Origin: Azolla caroliniana
Lineage: Eukaryota > Plantae > Polypodiophyta
Direction: 5' to 3'
DNA: 64,000 nucleotides
NCBI GenBank assembly: GCA_043228905.1
Contig: JBHGNT010000014.1
Coordinates: forward strand, 3,658,001-3,722,000
Shown here one piece after another: positions 47,934-58,642 of the stretch. A program made the translations under genes and the position numbers. Below the pieces are notes generated by a model. It saw only the letters and a list, made by a program, of their open reading frames with translations, was not told the origin of the DNA and did not search any database. The first letter of the stretch is position 1. Every line of letters starts with the position of its first letter.

Positions 47934-50900
47934 TCGTACCTTTTCGACATGCCTCTTTACTCCTCGTTTGCATGGCCGTTTCCACCACTCCTTTTCATGA
48001 TTTATTTGATTCCATTCAATTTTATTTTATTTTATTGTAAAATTAATTGTGTGGTTAATTTTTCTCCGGTCCTATCGGACCCTTACCCGAAATGCGCACC
48101 TTGCCGGCCTCTTGACGGTTTGCTGTCGTTATGCTTTCCCCGGTTGCCGGCTCGTGCTCCCCCTTACCGGCTTGGTGGTAGCCGTTTTCCTCACGGGTTG
48201 CCGTCGTGGTTGGCCTACCGGCCTCTGATTCGGTGGCGGCCCTTTGTTCAAATGGGTTCTTGGGCATAGGTCCTTGCTATGGCTTTAGTCTAAATCCGTT
48301 GACCCATTTGCCTAGCACCTTGCTGGCAAGTGTCCCTAACTGGTAAGACCCATTGAACCTGTGTGTGATCCAGTACGGTCCGGTCCATCTAAACCGTAGT
48401 TTGCCCGACATTTTACCCATCCGGGTCTAGAACACTAGTACCGGCTTGCCGATTCCAAACATCTTTTCGTTTCCCTTCCAGTGCCTATCTACAAACGTTT
48501 TCCGAATTACAGGTGCATGATGCTCACCAGTCGGTGTTCTTCTAGTTCACACAAAGCCTTTAACCGAATTGCTTCCGATTGGTTATCAGCTCTATGGGGC
48601 ATTCGTACCGGCACCAAATGCATTCATATAAGAATTTTGCCGTCGACGCCGCGGTGTTGTCTCGTAAGGCTTTGGCTTCCACCCATTTAGTGCAATAGTC
48701 CGTCGCGACGATCACATACTGGTTGCCCGTTCTCATTGCTGGTGGTTTAAATGGTCCAACAAAATCCAGTCCCCATTTCAGAAATGGTTCTAGTGGTAGT
48801 ACTGGCTGATGCGGCATCTTAGCTTGCTCCGTTGGCTGGCCCATTCGCTGGCATAGATCACACTCTTTCGCGTACCGGACTGCATCTTTCAATGTAGTCG
48901 GCCACCATAGGCCGCTTTGCCATATCTTCCTTGCCGTAGCATCCCCGGCATAATGGCCTCCAACGACTCTGTAGTGTGCTTCCTGTAGTAACAGAAGTGT
49001 CGGCTTTGTACCGCCAAGCTCTTCCTCTCGTCCCGGTTCATCTCCTCCGGAGGCAATCCGGTGCTTAGAAATTGGTGCATATTCGTTAGCCACTTATCTT
49101 CTGGTGCCACCGTTTCATCTGTTGCCGTTTCCGCGGTGGCTCGAAATAGCTCAGCATCCAGAAACTCGTCCCGTACTCCGTCGTCGGTTTCACCGGAATC
49201 TAACCGGCTTAAATAATCTGCTACCGCATGCTGTATGCCGGGTCGGTGGAATATCTCGAATTCGAATTCCTATAATAGCAAAGTCCATCGGGGCAACTTA
49301 CCGGTAAGTGACGCTTTGGACACTAGGTAGAGGAGTGCCGAGTGATCTACATGGAAGGAAAACTTTCTTCCCAATAAATAGTGCCTGAATTTTGTTACGC
49401 TATAGATCATGCCTAAAGCTTCCCTTTCCGTGGTGGAGTAATTTCGTTCGGCTTGGGATAACTTCCAGCTTGCGTAATATACAGGCCGGTACCATCTTAG
49501 CTCCGTAAGTTGCATCAGCGCGCTCCCGATTGCAATGTCGGACGCATCCATGAACACATGAAATTCTTTCGCCCAATCCTGGGGTTGCACTACCGGCGCT
49601 TGCGACAATAGAACTTTGAGTGCCCGGTACGCCTTGTCTTCGGTGTCGGTCCACTGGAACGGTGTTCGGTGTACCACAGCATGCATTGGTGTACCTAGGT
49701 TCGCCAAATACCGGAGCATTCGGCTATGCCAACGGATTTGGCCTCAAAAACGGCTCAATGCCTTTGCTGTTTTTGGTGTCGGTGCCTCCACGATTGCTTT
49801 TACTTTGTCTGGATCCACGACAATGCCCTCTTTGCTCACAATGTGCCCTAGTAGCGTTCCGCTGGACATGCCAAATACACACTTCGCCGGATTCAGGCTT
49901 AGCCGGTAAGCCCTACACTTTTCTAGACACAGTCGGAGGTGCTGAAGGTGGTCTCCTTCCCAGTTGTAAACGGCGAAGTCGTCGAGGAACACCTGCATGA
50001 ATGCCAATATGAATTCTCCGAATATTTCCATGATGATCCTTTGGAACGTTGCCGACGCTGTTTTGAGTCCAAACATCACCACAGCAACAAACACTCCCCA
50101 TTCAGTAACGAAAGCCGTTTTCTCCTGGTCATTGGGGTGCATCCGGATCTGGTTGTATCCGCTGAATCCGTCTAAAAAACTGTATACCTCATGGCCGGCG
50201 ACTGCGTCCAAAACTCCATCCATAAATGGAAGTGGAAATGCATCAGTTACCACCGCCGCATTAAGCTTCCGGTAGTCGACACATACTCTAATTTTGCCGT
50301 TTTTCTTTGGTACGACTACTATCGGGCTCAGCCATGTAGATTTCTTTATGGGTCGGATAAAGCCAACCCTCAACAACTTGTCGATTTCTTCCTTGACTTT
50401 GGCGGCGTAGTTTCGATTCATCCGGTACCGTCACTGTGCTACCGGTTTAGCGTCTTTGCTCAAATGTATCTGGTGCTGATATAGCTAAGGATCGAGCCCT
50501 CTCATATCCTCGTAGGACCAAGCAAACGCGTCCCGAAACTCTTTGAGAAGTGTAATCATCGCCGTTTTGTTCTCAGTAGTCATTTCCTTGGCTATCTGCA
50601 CCGGTCTCGCCTCTTCCGTAGTTCCTAGATTGACCTCCTCTAGTTGGGATGCTTTAACCCGTTGTGATATGGCCATTTCTCTTTCCAGTGCTTCTTGTGC
50701 TTGCCGTAGCTCCCAGATCGCTTCTTTATTTGGTTCTTCGTCCGCTCCATCCGGTGGCAGTATGTATGGTGATATGGCTTCAGCTACGTCAATTTTGAAC
50801 AGAGGTACTATCTTCGGATTATCTTGCAAGTATTGATCCACCTCTTTGTCTGCTAATCCGTCCAGCATATTGACACATTCAGCATATAGGGGTGTCAATT

Positions 50901-53009
50901 CTTTCCCGGTACCCGTCTGTGGTTGTGTCGGTACCCGTACTTTTGCTTTTCCCCGTCGAAAGGTGATTATGTTCTTCCTCCAATTTTGGTTAATGTGCGC
51001 CGTTTTTGGCCATGGACGCCCCAACAATAGCAGGTACGCACCTTGTGCCTGTAATTGTAGCACTACTGCCGAGATGCGAAATGTGTGGCCGCCGATTGTT
51101 ACTTCCAAATCTCGTATCAAGCCGGTCGGTCGCACTGAGCTTGTATCCGCCATCCGTAGCCAGAACGGGCGTGGTTCCCACTCTTGGATTCCCAAGGTTG
51201 TGCATGTTCGGAGGCTAATCACATTGACACCGGATCCTCCATCTATTACTGTTCTGGGTAACTCTTTTCCCTTCACGATGGTCGTGATCGCTAGACTGTT
51301 TGTGTCTACCACCGCCGGTCCCTCCTCTGGATTTGAGAAGAATGCTGGTGCCGGTGGTGTTTCTCCTGCCGTCATGCCTGTCTTGAGTCCTTCGGTGAAT
51401 CTGGGCACAAGTTGCATGAGCCGTCCTAATGGCAGCATGATTTGGCACTCCCACAAGGCCTGCCATGTCGCATTTTCAATCTGACTGCTGCCAGCGAGTT
51501 CTTCGGTGTTCTCCTTTTGCTGCACAAGTTCTGCTACGTTTCGCTCATTTGCCTTTTTCACCCATTCCGTTGCCTGCTTCCGGATGGCCTCTTGTGTCTC
51601 CCATTCCGTCGTCTTGCCCTTCGACCTTGTGGTGACCTACTGTAGGTCTGTGACTTCGGCGACTACCATGTTTACTGCCAGTCGCTTATCATAGCTCTTT
51701 GCCGGACATTGATTATTATAATGTCCTTCTTGCTGGCAATAATAGCAATATGCTTTCCGGGTATTACTGGATTCGGCATTGTTTCTTGTACCTGGTGGAG
51801 GACCTGTGGTAACCACGGGGCTTTGGTCCGGTTGGCTGCTTGAGGCGCCTTTTTCCAGTTCACGTGGGTGGCTCCCTTTTTTGAAATGCCGTTTTTTATT
51901 AAAGTTCTTTTTGTTGCGGTACCCTTGACGGGGTTGGTCATCATATCTCTCGTAATCTTCTCGTCGTTGCTGATACTCGGGGGAGTGATCCTGGTTGTAA
52001 TGCTCATACCGTCCATTGTAATCGCGGTACCTGTCATATCTCTCATACCGGTCATAGTTGTTTCGTCGATCATCATACCGGACAGCCTTTGCTGGTCGAT
52101 ATCGTTCTTCTCGCCGCCAACGTTTGTCTTCTTCGTCTGGGCTGCTACATGGCTCGTTTTGCCGGACTGGTGGTGCTTGCCGATTCAATAAGTTATATTC
52201 GCACCGGTGTCGTGAAGAAAACCGTCCATAAGCGGAATCGGCGCACCAAGGCGTGGGAACCGATTCTTCACGCGCGCACGCTCCAAGTGGTACATAGAAG
52301 CGAATTAGGAGGATAATCGGCAGGAACGGGCCCTAACACGAGTGGAGACAAAGACCGCGCGAACAGTCTTTTTGGTCGCGCGCGCGAACTGTACGAGTCG
52401 GCGGCGTAACTACGCGGATGTGTGAAGAACGGAGCGGATCCCTGTCCAAAAGGGACAGGGAATAAAGCTGACATGACGGCCTGCTCGTCGGCCTATATAA
52501 GGAGCAGGAAAGAGCTGTTGCAGGGATCTCGCGCAGAGAGGACGAAGTGCCGTCGGACCGTTTCTGGACGCTTCTCTCTCTGTTTCCTTCCTTCTTGAGC
52601 TCCATAGCTTTTCTGTGCAGGGTCCCGAGGAGGCTCGCGCTGTTTCGAGGAACGCCCGAGTGCTTCCGGCAGCACCTCCGGCCTGCTACCCCTTTGTGCG
52701 TCGAAGCGACCAAGCATCGGCATCTGTTTGCCGGCCTGGTCGGTTGTAACCAACCTGTGCCCCATCGAGGGTTGTAGTCGTGTTAGCCATTTTTGTTAAT
52801 ATACATATTTAGTCATTCGCATCTGTCTGTGTCGGTGTCTGTTCGCGTTCTCCGTCCTGAAGGGCCGTGTCCCTGTGTATCCCCGGTCCTGCGTAGCCGG
52901 TTCTCTCTCTTTCTCCTCCCTCGCTTGCTCTTTGGTTCGAGACCCCCGCGGTCCCGCCTCGTTTCCACACGCACTTGCGTAATATCTCGACATCTTTGGT
53001 GAACCCGAC

Positions 53010-55163
53010 GTGAAGGAGGCGGCAGAAGAGCAGAAGATGAGGGGGTCGGATCTTGCAGAGGCCATGGCTTCGGCCGTGGATCGGATTGTAAACGCGCGCG
53101 AGGGCACCGGTGCCCTCGACAGAGCTATTGAGGCGGTCGTCGGCACGATCGGCCGGTTCGATGGGAAGGATGCCACGAAGTATTTGGCGTCCTACGGTGC
53201 AGAGATGCTGATGCGGGACATTCCGGAAGAAAGGCGTCTTGCCGGATTTCCCCGAGTGGCGATGCCGAGCATCCATGCGGAGGTGCTCGAGGTGCGGGCG
53301 GAGAGCCGTACCTGGGAGGAGTTCGAAGGTCGGCTCCTAGAGAAATACGGGTTGGACGACGCGCTCCGGCTTTCGAAGCGAAGGTTCATGGAATGGGTGG
53401 AGTTCCCGGGGAAGGGAAGAAACGCGTCGGCACTCCTCCGGGAGTTCGAGGAAAACTTTGTGCGCCTTTCGGCGCTCGACCGAACCATCCTGGACACGAG
53501 CCGGGTCTTGCTGTTTGTCAAGTCAGTCGACGAGCGGGATCGGGAGCAAGTGGGCCTCTTACTGGAAACCAAAGACGGGCTCACTACCGACTGGGCGGCT
53601 GTCAAGAAAGTCTGTGGCCGTTTCGACAAACGGCGAGAATGGGCGGATAACGGGGCAACCGGGTCCGGCTCGGTCGCAGCAGGGAAGCTCGAACCAGCGC
53701 CACAGGTGCGAAAGGAAGAGACCCGAGAGTGGTTGGAAACCGGTTCGGCTTCGACCGGCGTAGTCAGAGGCTCAACCGGAGGAGCGGCGCTGGAGGAATT
53801 GACGAGGGCGAAAAAGGACCTCCAAATCGCGCAAGCCCGAAGGGAAGGTGGCGAACCGGCTCGTGACCGACGGCCGGCGGCAGGAAACAGGTGCATGTGG
53901 TGCGATGAAGTCGGCCACATTCGGAAGGACTGCGGCGACTTCGCGGAGGCGCTGAGGAACAGGGTGGTGTACCTGTGGGAAGGACGGGTGCATGCCAGCG
54001 ACACCCGAAGGGCCCTGAGCCGAAACGACGGGCGAGGTGGTATGAAAAGGTTGATGGAAGAGGCGGCGGCCCGACAAGCAGAAACTGTTCACTACTCGGC
54101 GTCGGCCGGCATTCGAGTCGGGGGCGGCGAGGCCCGAAGGGAAAGCAAAGCCAGATTCTGGCCGACGATGCTGGAAGGCCTTGCCGGTGCAAGGCTTAAA
54201 AGGGAGGAATCGGACCGTGCGGAGAAACGGGTACGGGAGATGACTGGGTGGAGCGACCTGGTCGAGGAAAAGACGGGCTTCGTGGAAGCCGCTTGCCAGA
54301 ACTACGAGGCTCTGGTAGAAGAGAAGCGGGTGGGGAAACCCGGGACGACCGGGCCCTCACAACGATACGAGACCCGGTCCGGGCCACGACGGGACGAAGC
54401 CGGCGGGGCCGGTACGCAAGATAAACCCCAGAAGGGCGGGTACCGTCTGGGGACGGAGATAGAAAGGACCACGGACTTACGAAAGGTCCTGGAGGAACGG
54501 ATCCTCGACAGCAAGGTGGAGCTGTCGTTACGAGAGGTGCTGGGAATCGCCAAGAAGGAGTTCCACGACTCCATCGTGGACTTGGTGAAACGGAAGAGGC
54601 TGTCAACGGAGACAGAACCGGAAAGACTGGTGGAAGTGCGGACGACGCACCTAGGCGACATGGCGCTGGGAGACAAGTGGGCGGAAAGCCACTATTCGAG
54701 ACCACACTGGGCCCGAGCGACCACGGAAACCCCGGTGAAGATCGGCGATGTCCAGGAACCGGTGATAGCTTTGGTGGACCACGGATCGGAGATCAATTTG
54801 ATGTCCATGGACTTCTATAAGAAGGGCAAATGGCCGATCAACACCAAGCACGGGTGGAAAATAAGGGCAGCAACGCGCGCCACCGAGGAACTGCACGGGG
54901 CCTGTCCGAATGTGCGAGTCAAGATCGGCGACGTCGAGATTGACCATCACTTCTTCGTGCAGGAGACGTCTTTGCATCCGGTCATACTGGGAGAGCCGTA
55001 CATCACGGCGGCGCGAATGGAGACCAAGGTGCTGGACAATGGTTCGGCCTACGCGAGGGTCAAAAGCCAAGACGGGCGCCATTCGGTCCAGTTTCTGACG
55101 GTACGGCCGAACCACGAACGTAACCGCGACTCCCTCGGTTCCGAAAACCGAGAGGATTTTTAG
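53010..55163 (+). CDS. Gag-protease ORF of the intact gypsy (first ATG at 53037)
   Basis: Zinc knuckle CMWCDEVGHIRKDC; aspartic-protease-like ALVDHGSEINLM...VILGEPY. Confidence 0.9.
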   Translation: MKEAAEEQKMRGSDLAEAMASAVDRIVNAREGTGALDRAIEAVVGTIGRFDGKDATKYLASYGAEMLMRDIPEERRLAGFPRVAMPSIHAEVLEVRAESRTWEEFEGRLLEKYGLDDALRLSKRRFMEWVEFPGKGRNASALLREFEENFVRLSALDRTILDTSRVLLFVKSVDERDREQVGLLLETKDGLTTDWAAVKKVCGRFDKRREWADNGATGSGSVAAGKLEPAPQVRKEETREWLETGSASTGVVRGSTGGAALEELTRAKKDLQIAQARREGGEPARDRRPAAGNRCMWCDEVGHIRKDCGDFAEALRNRVVYLWEGRVHASDTRRALSRNDGRGGMKRLMEEAAARQAETVHYSASAGIRVGGGEARRESKARFWPTMLEGLAGARLKREESDRAEKRVREMTGWSDLVEEKTGFVEAACQNYEALVEEKRVGKPGTTGPSQRYETRSGPRRDEAGGAGTQDKPQKGGYRLGTEIERTTDLRKVLEERILDSKVELSLREVLGIAKKEFHDSIVDLVKRKRLSTETEPERLVEVRTTHLGDMALGDKWAESHYSRPHWARATTETPVKIGDVQEPVIALVDHGSEINLMSMDFYKKGKWPINTKHGWKIRAATRATEELHGACPNVRVKIGDVEIDHHFFVQETSLHPVILGEPYITAARMETKVLDNGSAYARVKSQDGRHSVQFLTVRPNHERNRDSLGSENREDF

Positions 55164-55219
55164 AGAGGACTGCCAAGGCGTGGGGCCGCGATAGTCCGGA
55201 TGCTCCGGGAAAACCCCAC
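55154..55219 (+). promoter_or_regulatory. Putative -1 programmed ribosomal frameshift signal (G GAT TTT plus pseudoknot)
   Basis: Heptamer at 55154-55160 directly before the TAG, then a 6-nt spacer. Stem GGACTG/TAGTCC; loop GTGGGG is complementary to CCCCAC at 55214-55219. Confidence 0.75.
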
Positions 55220-58200
55220 ATCTGTACGATAAAACCGTGTACAATAGGTAGGAAATTTTGCTTCTCCGACAGCGGAGCATGTACGATGGTCGACATCGCC
55301 GGCCGAGAGAAAACAAAGACGGAGGGGAGACTTCGGGCGTGCGGAGTTCTCGGCCCTGACGAAGAAATCAACGGAGCCATGGAGGCAGTCTCCTTCGACG
55401 ACACCTTGGGAATGCTGGGGAAGGTAGTCGAAGAAGACCTTAACGAAGACCGGACGATACCGGTATGTTCCGAAGAAATGTACGAAGTCATCGCGGACTT
55501 CGGTCGAGGGCTCGAGTCGGAACGGACGGCCCGAGTTAGCACCAAGTACAAGACTGTGGACCGGAAGGTGAGGCCAGTTGCGGCGCCGTTACCGGAGGGC
55601 AGCGAATCCCGAATCAAAGGGGTTGCATCGGACCCCAGCTTACGAGATCCGGCCTGCATAGGACACACCTTCACCAACGAGACGCTCCGCGAGCTGAAGA
55701 TTGGTGGGGGCGGGTTCCTACTGCCGGTGGAGGAAGACCGGTTTCGGAGAATGCTCGGAAGGCACGGGAAAGCCTTCGCATTCTCGCCGGAGGAAATCGG
55801 GTGCGTAGACCCGACGATCGTAGAGCCAATGGTGATATTCACGGTACCGCATGTACCGTGGAATCTCAAGCCAATTCCAGTTCCGAGAGCCCACATCCCG
55901 AAGTTGATGGAGCTGTTGAAGCAGAAAGTTGATATGGGCATTCTCGAGCCGTCGAGCGCCCCGTATTCAAACCGATGGTTCACCGTACCAAAGAAAAACG
56001 GATCGTTGCGCTTCATTCAGGACCTGCAGCCGGTCAATAGAGTGACCATTCGGAACGCAGGGATCGGACCGACCATAGACGAGTTCGCGGAGGCCTTCGC
56101 CGGAAGGTCGATTTACTCGGTCGGTGATCTATACTCAGGGTACGACCAGTTCCAGCTAGCCGTGGAGAGCAGAGACATTACGACGATGCGAACTCCCCTT
56201 GGCCTAGTGCGGATGTGTACGCTGCCGCAAGGAGGGACCAACTCGGTGGCCCACATGGTGAATGCAATGAACAAAGTGCTGAGGGACTGCATCCCGGACA
56301 TCACCATGCCGTTTCTAGATGACATCCCGATCAAGGGATGCCCGGTAGAAGAGAAGGACGAGACGATCGGGCCGGACGGATGCCGGCGATTCGTGATGAC
56401 GCACATCGACGACTGCGAGAAGGTGCTGCAAAGGCTAGAGGATGCGAGGCTCACCTTCTCGGGGGAGAAGTCAGCCTTCGGGCAGTCGGAAATCATGGTG
56501 GTCGGACATTTATGTGGACCATATGGCCGGAAACCGTCTCCGGCAAAGGTAGAAGCCATCTCCGCGATGAAGCCTGATTGCAGCTCGGTCACGGAAGTAC
56601 GAAGATTCTTGGGAGCATGCGCCTTCTACCACATATGGATCCCGCATTACGCGCACGTCGCGGAGCCGCTGTACGGATTATTGAAAAAAAGGCGAAGATT
56701 CGAATGGCTAGACAAGCACACGGAGTCGGTCCGGAAGCTGAAGGAGGCTCTTTCGGCAGCACCGGCGCTCCGAAAGGCCGTCTACAGGAAGGGCACCCCA
56801 GTGTACATAACGGTTGACACGAGTCCGACCGGAATCGGGTGGGTCGTCAACCAAGAAGACGAGGACGGCAATCGGTTTCCGATCCGATTCGGCGCAAAGG
56901 TCCTCAGTGAGCGGCAGCGAGGATACGCCCAGGTTAAACGCGAACTCTGGGGTATCGTTTCGGCGGTGAAGGCCGACAAGGACTATCTGATCGGGACAGA
57001 GGTAATCATAGAGACGGATTGCATGCCGATTCTCGGCATGGTTTCCGGATGCGCGACGCCGGACCTGGCAATGCTCAGGTGGATAGCGTACATCAAGTCC
57101 CTGGACCCGGAAATACGACACATTTCCGGGAAAGACAACGCCATGGCCGACATGCTTTCAAGGGCGAGATTCGATGACGAGGGCGGCATGGTTTCGGAGG
57201 ACGAAGAGGTCGGCGTGGACTTCTTCGAGACTGCGTATGTAACAACCGACGGAACAAGCACTCCGGCGCTTAACGACTTCGACGCGAGCAAGTACGACGG
57301 GGAGTGGCTGCAGATCGGTGGGTTTTTGAAGACAATGACGCCCGATGCGTCATGGACGAAGGACGAGGCCAACCGGATCCGGAAGAAAGCGTACCGGTTC
57401 TTTCTCCGGGATGGCTATCTATGGAAGCACCCGAAGAAGAGGGACGGTGCTCCGCTCCGGGTGGTGGCGATGAAGGAAGATCAGGAGGAGCTGCTAGCGG
57501 CCTACCACGACAGCCCTTGGGCTGGACACCGTGGAACATGGGCTACGTTTGAGAAACTGAAGGGGAAGTATTGGTGGCCGGGGCAGTACCAGGACGTGCA
57601 TCGGTTCGTGACAACTTGCGAGAGCTGTCAGAAGCACTCCATAGTCCGACATCGAGACGAGCTTCACCCTACGTACCCTCCGACCATCCACTTCAAATGG
57701 ATGGTAGATCTGGTGACGATGCCAATGGGGGTAGGACAGATGCGGTACCTGGTCCTAGCGCGGGAGGATCTGACGAACCAGGTGGAAGGCCGGGCCCTTC
57801 CGAACAAAACGACCGCGGCCGTATGTCGGTTCCTAATTGAGGACGTGATATGCCGGTACGGGTGCGTCGGGAAGATCGTGGCTGACCGAGGGGAGTTGGA
57901 CGCCGAAGAAGCCGCGGAGCTGTTCGACCGGCTGGGAGTCAAGCTCTCGCTCACCACTGCGTACAATCCGGAGGCGAATGGAAAGGTGGAGCGCGGACAC
58001 GGACCGATCGTCAAGGCGTTGGTTCGGGCATGCGGAGGCCGAGTCGGTAACTGGCCGCGACTGCTACCTTATGCTTTGTGGGCAGACCGGACCACGCACA
58101 GTTCGGTAACCGGGTACATGCCGACGGAGCTCATGTTCGGCCAGAAGCCGATCATGCCGATGGAACGGACGATCTCCTCGTGGGCAACGGTCGACTGGAG

Positions 58201-58642
58201 GGACGAGATGAACCGGGAGGAGTTGTTGGCCGCGCGTATTCGACAACTCGAGCGGAGACCGGAGGACGTGAAGCTGGCTGCGGAGAAGCTCCGGGTGGCG
58301 AGGACAAAGAACAAAGCCAGGTTCGACCGAACGCACCGGCTCCGACCGAAGAAAATCGAAGAAGGTGACTGGGTGCTCGTCTACGACAGCAGCCTCGACA
58401 ACCAGCACCGAGCTACACGGAAGTTTGCACGAAGGTGGTTCGGGCCTTATGTGGTACGGAGCGCCAATGACAACGGGACATATCACCTGGCGGAACTCGA
58501 CGGCACGAGAATGGCGGTACCGGTTGCAGGGAAGCGGATCAAAGCGTTCCAGAAGCGACACGACGACGAGCCAGACCCGGCTCTCCTAGTCAGCAGTGAC
58601 GAACGATCCGAAAACGAGGAAGAACCGACGGGCGAGGAATGA
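55160..58642 (+). CDS. RT-RNase H-integrase ORF, in the -1 frame relative to Gag-PR
   Basis: The 1118-aa ORF from 55286 extends stop-free upstream to the Gag-PR stop region. Motifs FLDD, VDTSP, HHCC, DDE and WFGPY; no chromodomain evident. Confidence 0.95.
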   Translation, partial: LERTAKAWGRDSPDAPGKPHICTIKPCTIGRKFCFSDSGACTMVDIAGREKTKTEGRLRACGVLGPDEEINGAMEAVSFDDTLGMLGKVVEEDLNEDRTIPVCSEEMYEVIADFGRGLESERTARVSTKYKTVDRKVRPVAAPLPEGSESRIKGVASDPSLRDPACIGHTFTNETLRELKIGGGGFLLPVEEDRFRRMLGRHGKAFAFSPEEIGCVDPTIVEPMVIFTVPHVPWNLKPIPVPRAHIPKLMELLKQKVDMGILEPSSAPYSNRWFTVPKKNGSLRFIQDLQPVNRVTIRNAGIGPTIDEFAEAFAGRSIYSVGDLYSGYDQFQLAVESRDITTMRTPLGLVRMCTLPQGGTNSVAHMVNAMNKVLRDCIPDITMPFLDDIPIKGCPVEEKDETIGPDGCRRFVMTHIDDCEKVLQRLEDARLTFSGEKSAFGQSEIMVVGHLCGPYGRKPSPAKVEAISAMKPDCSSVTEVRRFLGACAFYHIWIPHYAHVAEPLYGLLKKRRRFEWLDKHTESVRKLKEALSAAPALRKAVYRKGTPVYITVDTSPTGIGWVVNQEDEDGNRFPIRFGAKVLSERQRGYAQVKRELWGIVSAVKADKDYLIGTEVIIETDCMPILGMVSGCATPDLAMLRWIAYIKSLDPEIRHISGKDNAMADMLSRARFDDEGGMVSEDEEVGVDFFETAYVTTDGTSTPALNDFDASKYDGEWLQIGGFLKTMTPDASWTKDEANRIRKKAYRFFLRDGYLWKHPKKRDGAPLRVVAMKEDQEELLAAYHDSPWAGHRGTWATFEKLKGKYWWPGQYQDVHRFVTTCESCQKHSIVRHRDELHPTYPPTIHFKWMVDLVTMPMGVGQMRYLVLAREDLTNQVEGRALPNKTTAAVCRFLIEDVICRYGCVGKIVADRGELDAEEAAELFDRLGVKLSLTTAYNPEANGKVERGHGPIVKALVRACGGRVGNWPRLLPYALWADRTTHSSVTGYMPTELMFGQKPIMPMERTISSWATVDWRDEMNREELLAARIRQLERRPEDVKLAAEKLRVARTKNKARFDRTHRLRPKKIEEGDWVLVYDSSLDNQHRATRKFARRWFGPYVVRSANDNGTYHLAELDGTRMAVPVAGKRIKAFQKRHDDEPDPALLVSSDERSENEEEPTGEE

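Noticed and set aside
51637-51639. Gag/protease readthrough TAG in the host gypsy
   Set aside because: The element carries several other stops and frameshifts; a CAG-to-TAG decay cannot be excluded from a single copy.
53192-56016. Long antisense ORFs (270 and 318 aa) as genes
   Set aside because: They are shadows of GC-rich gag/pol codon usage with no recognisable domains; the same applies to most short ORFs in the track.
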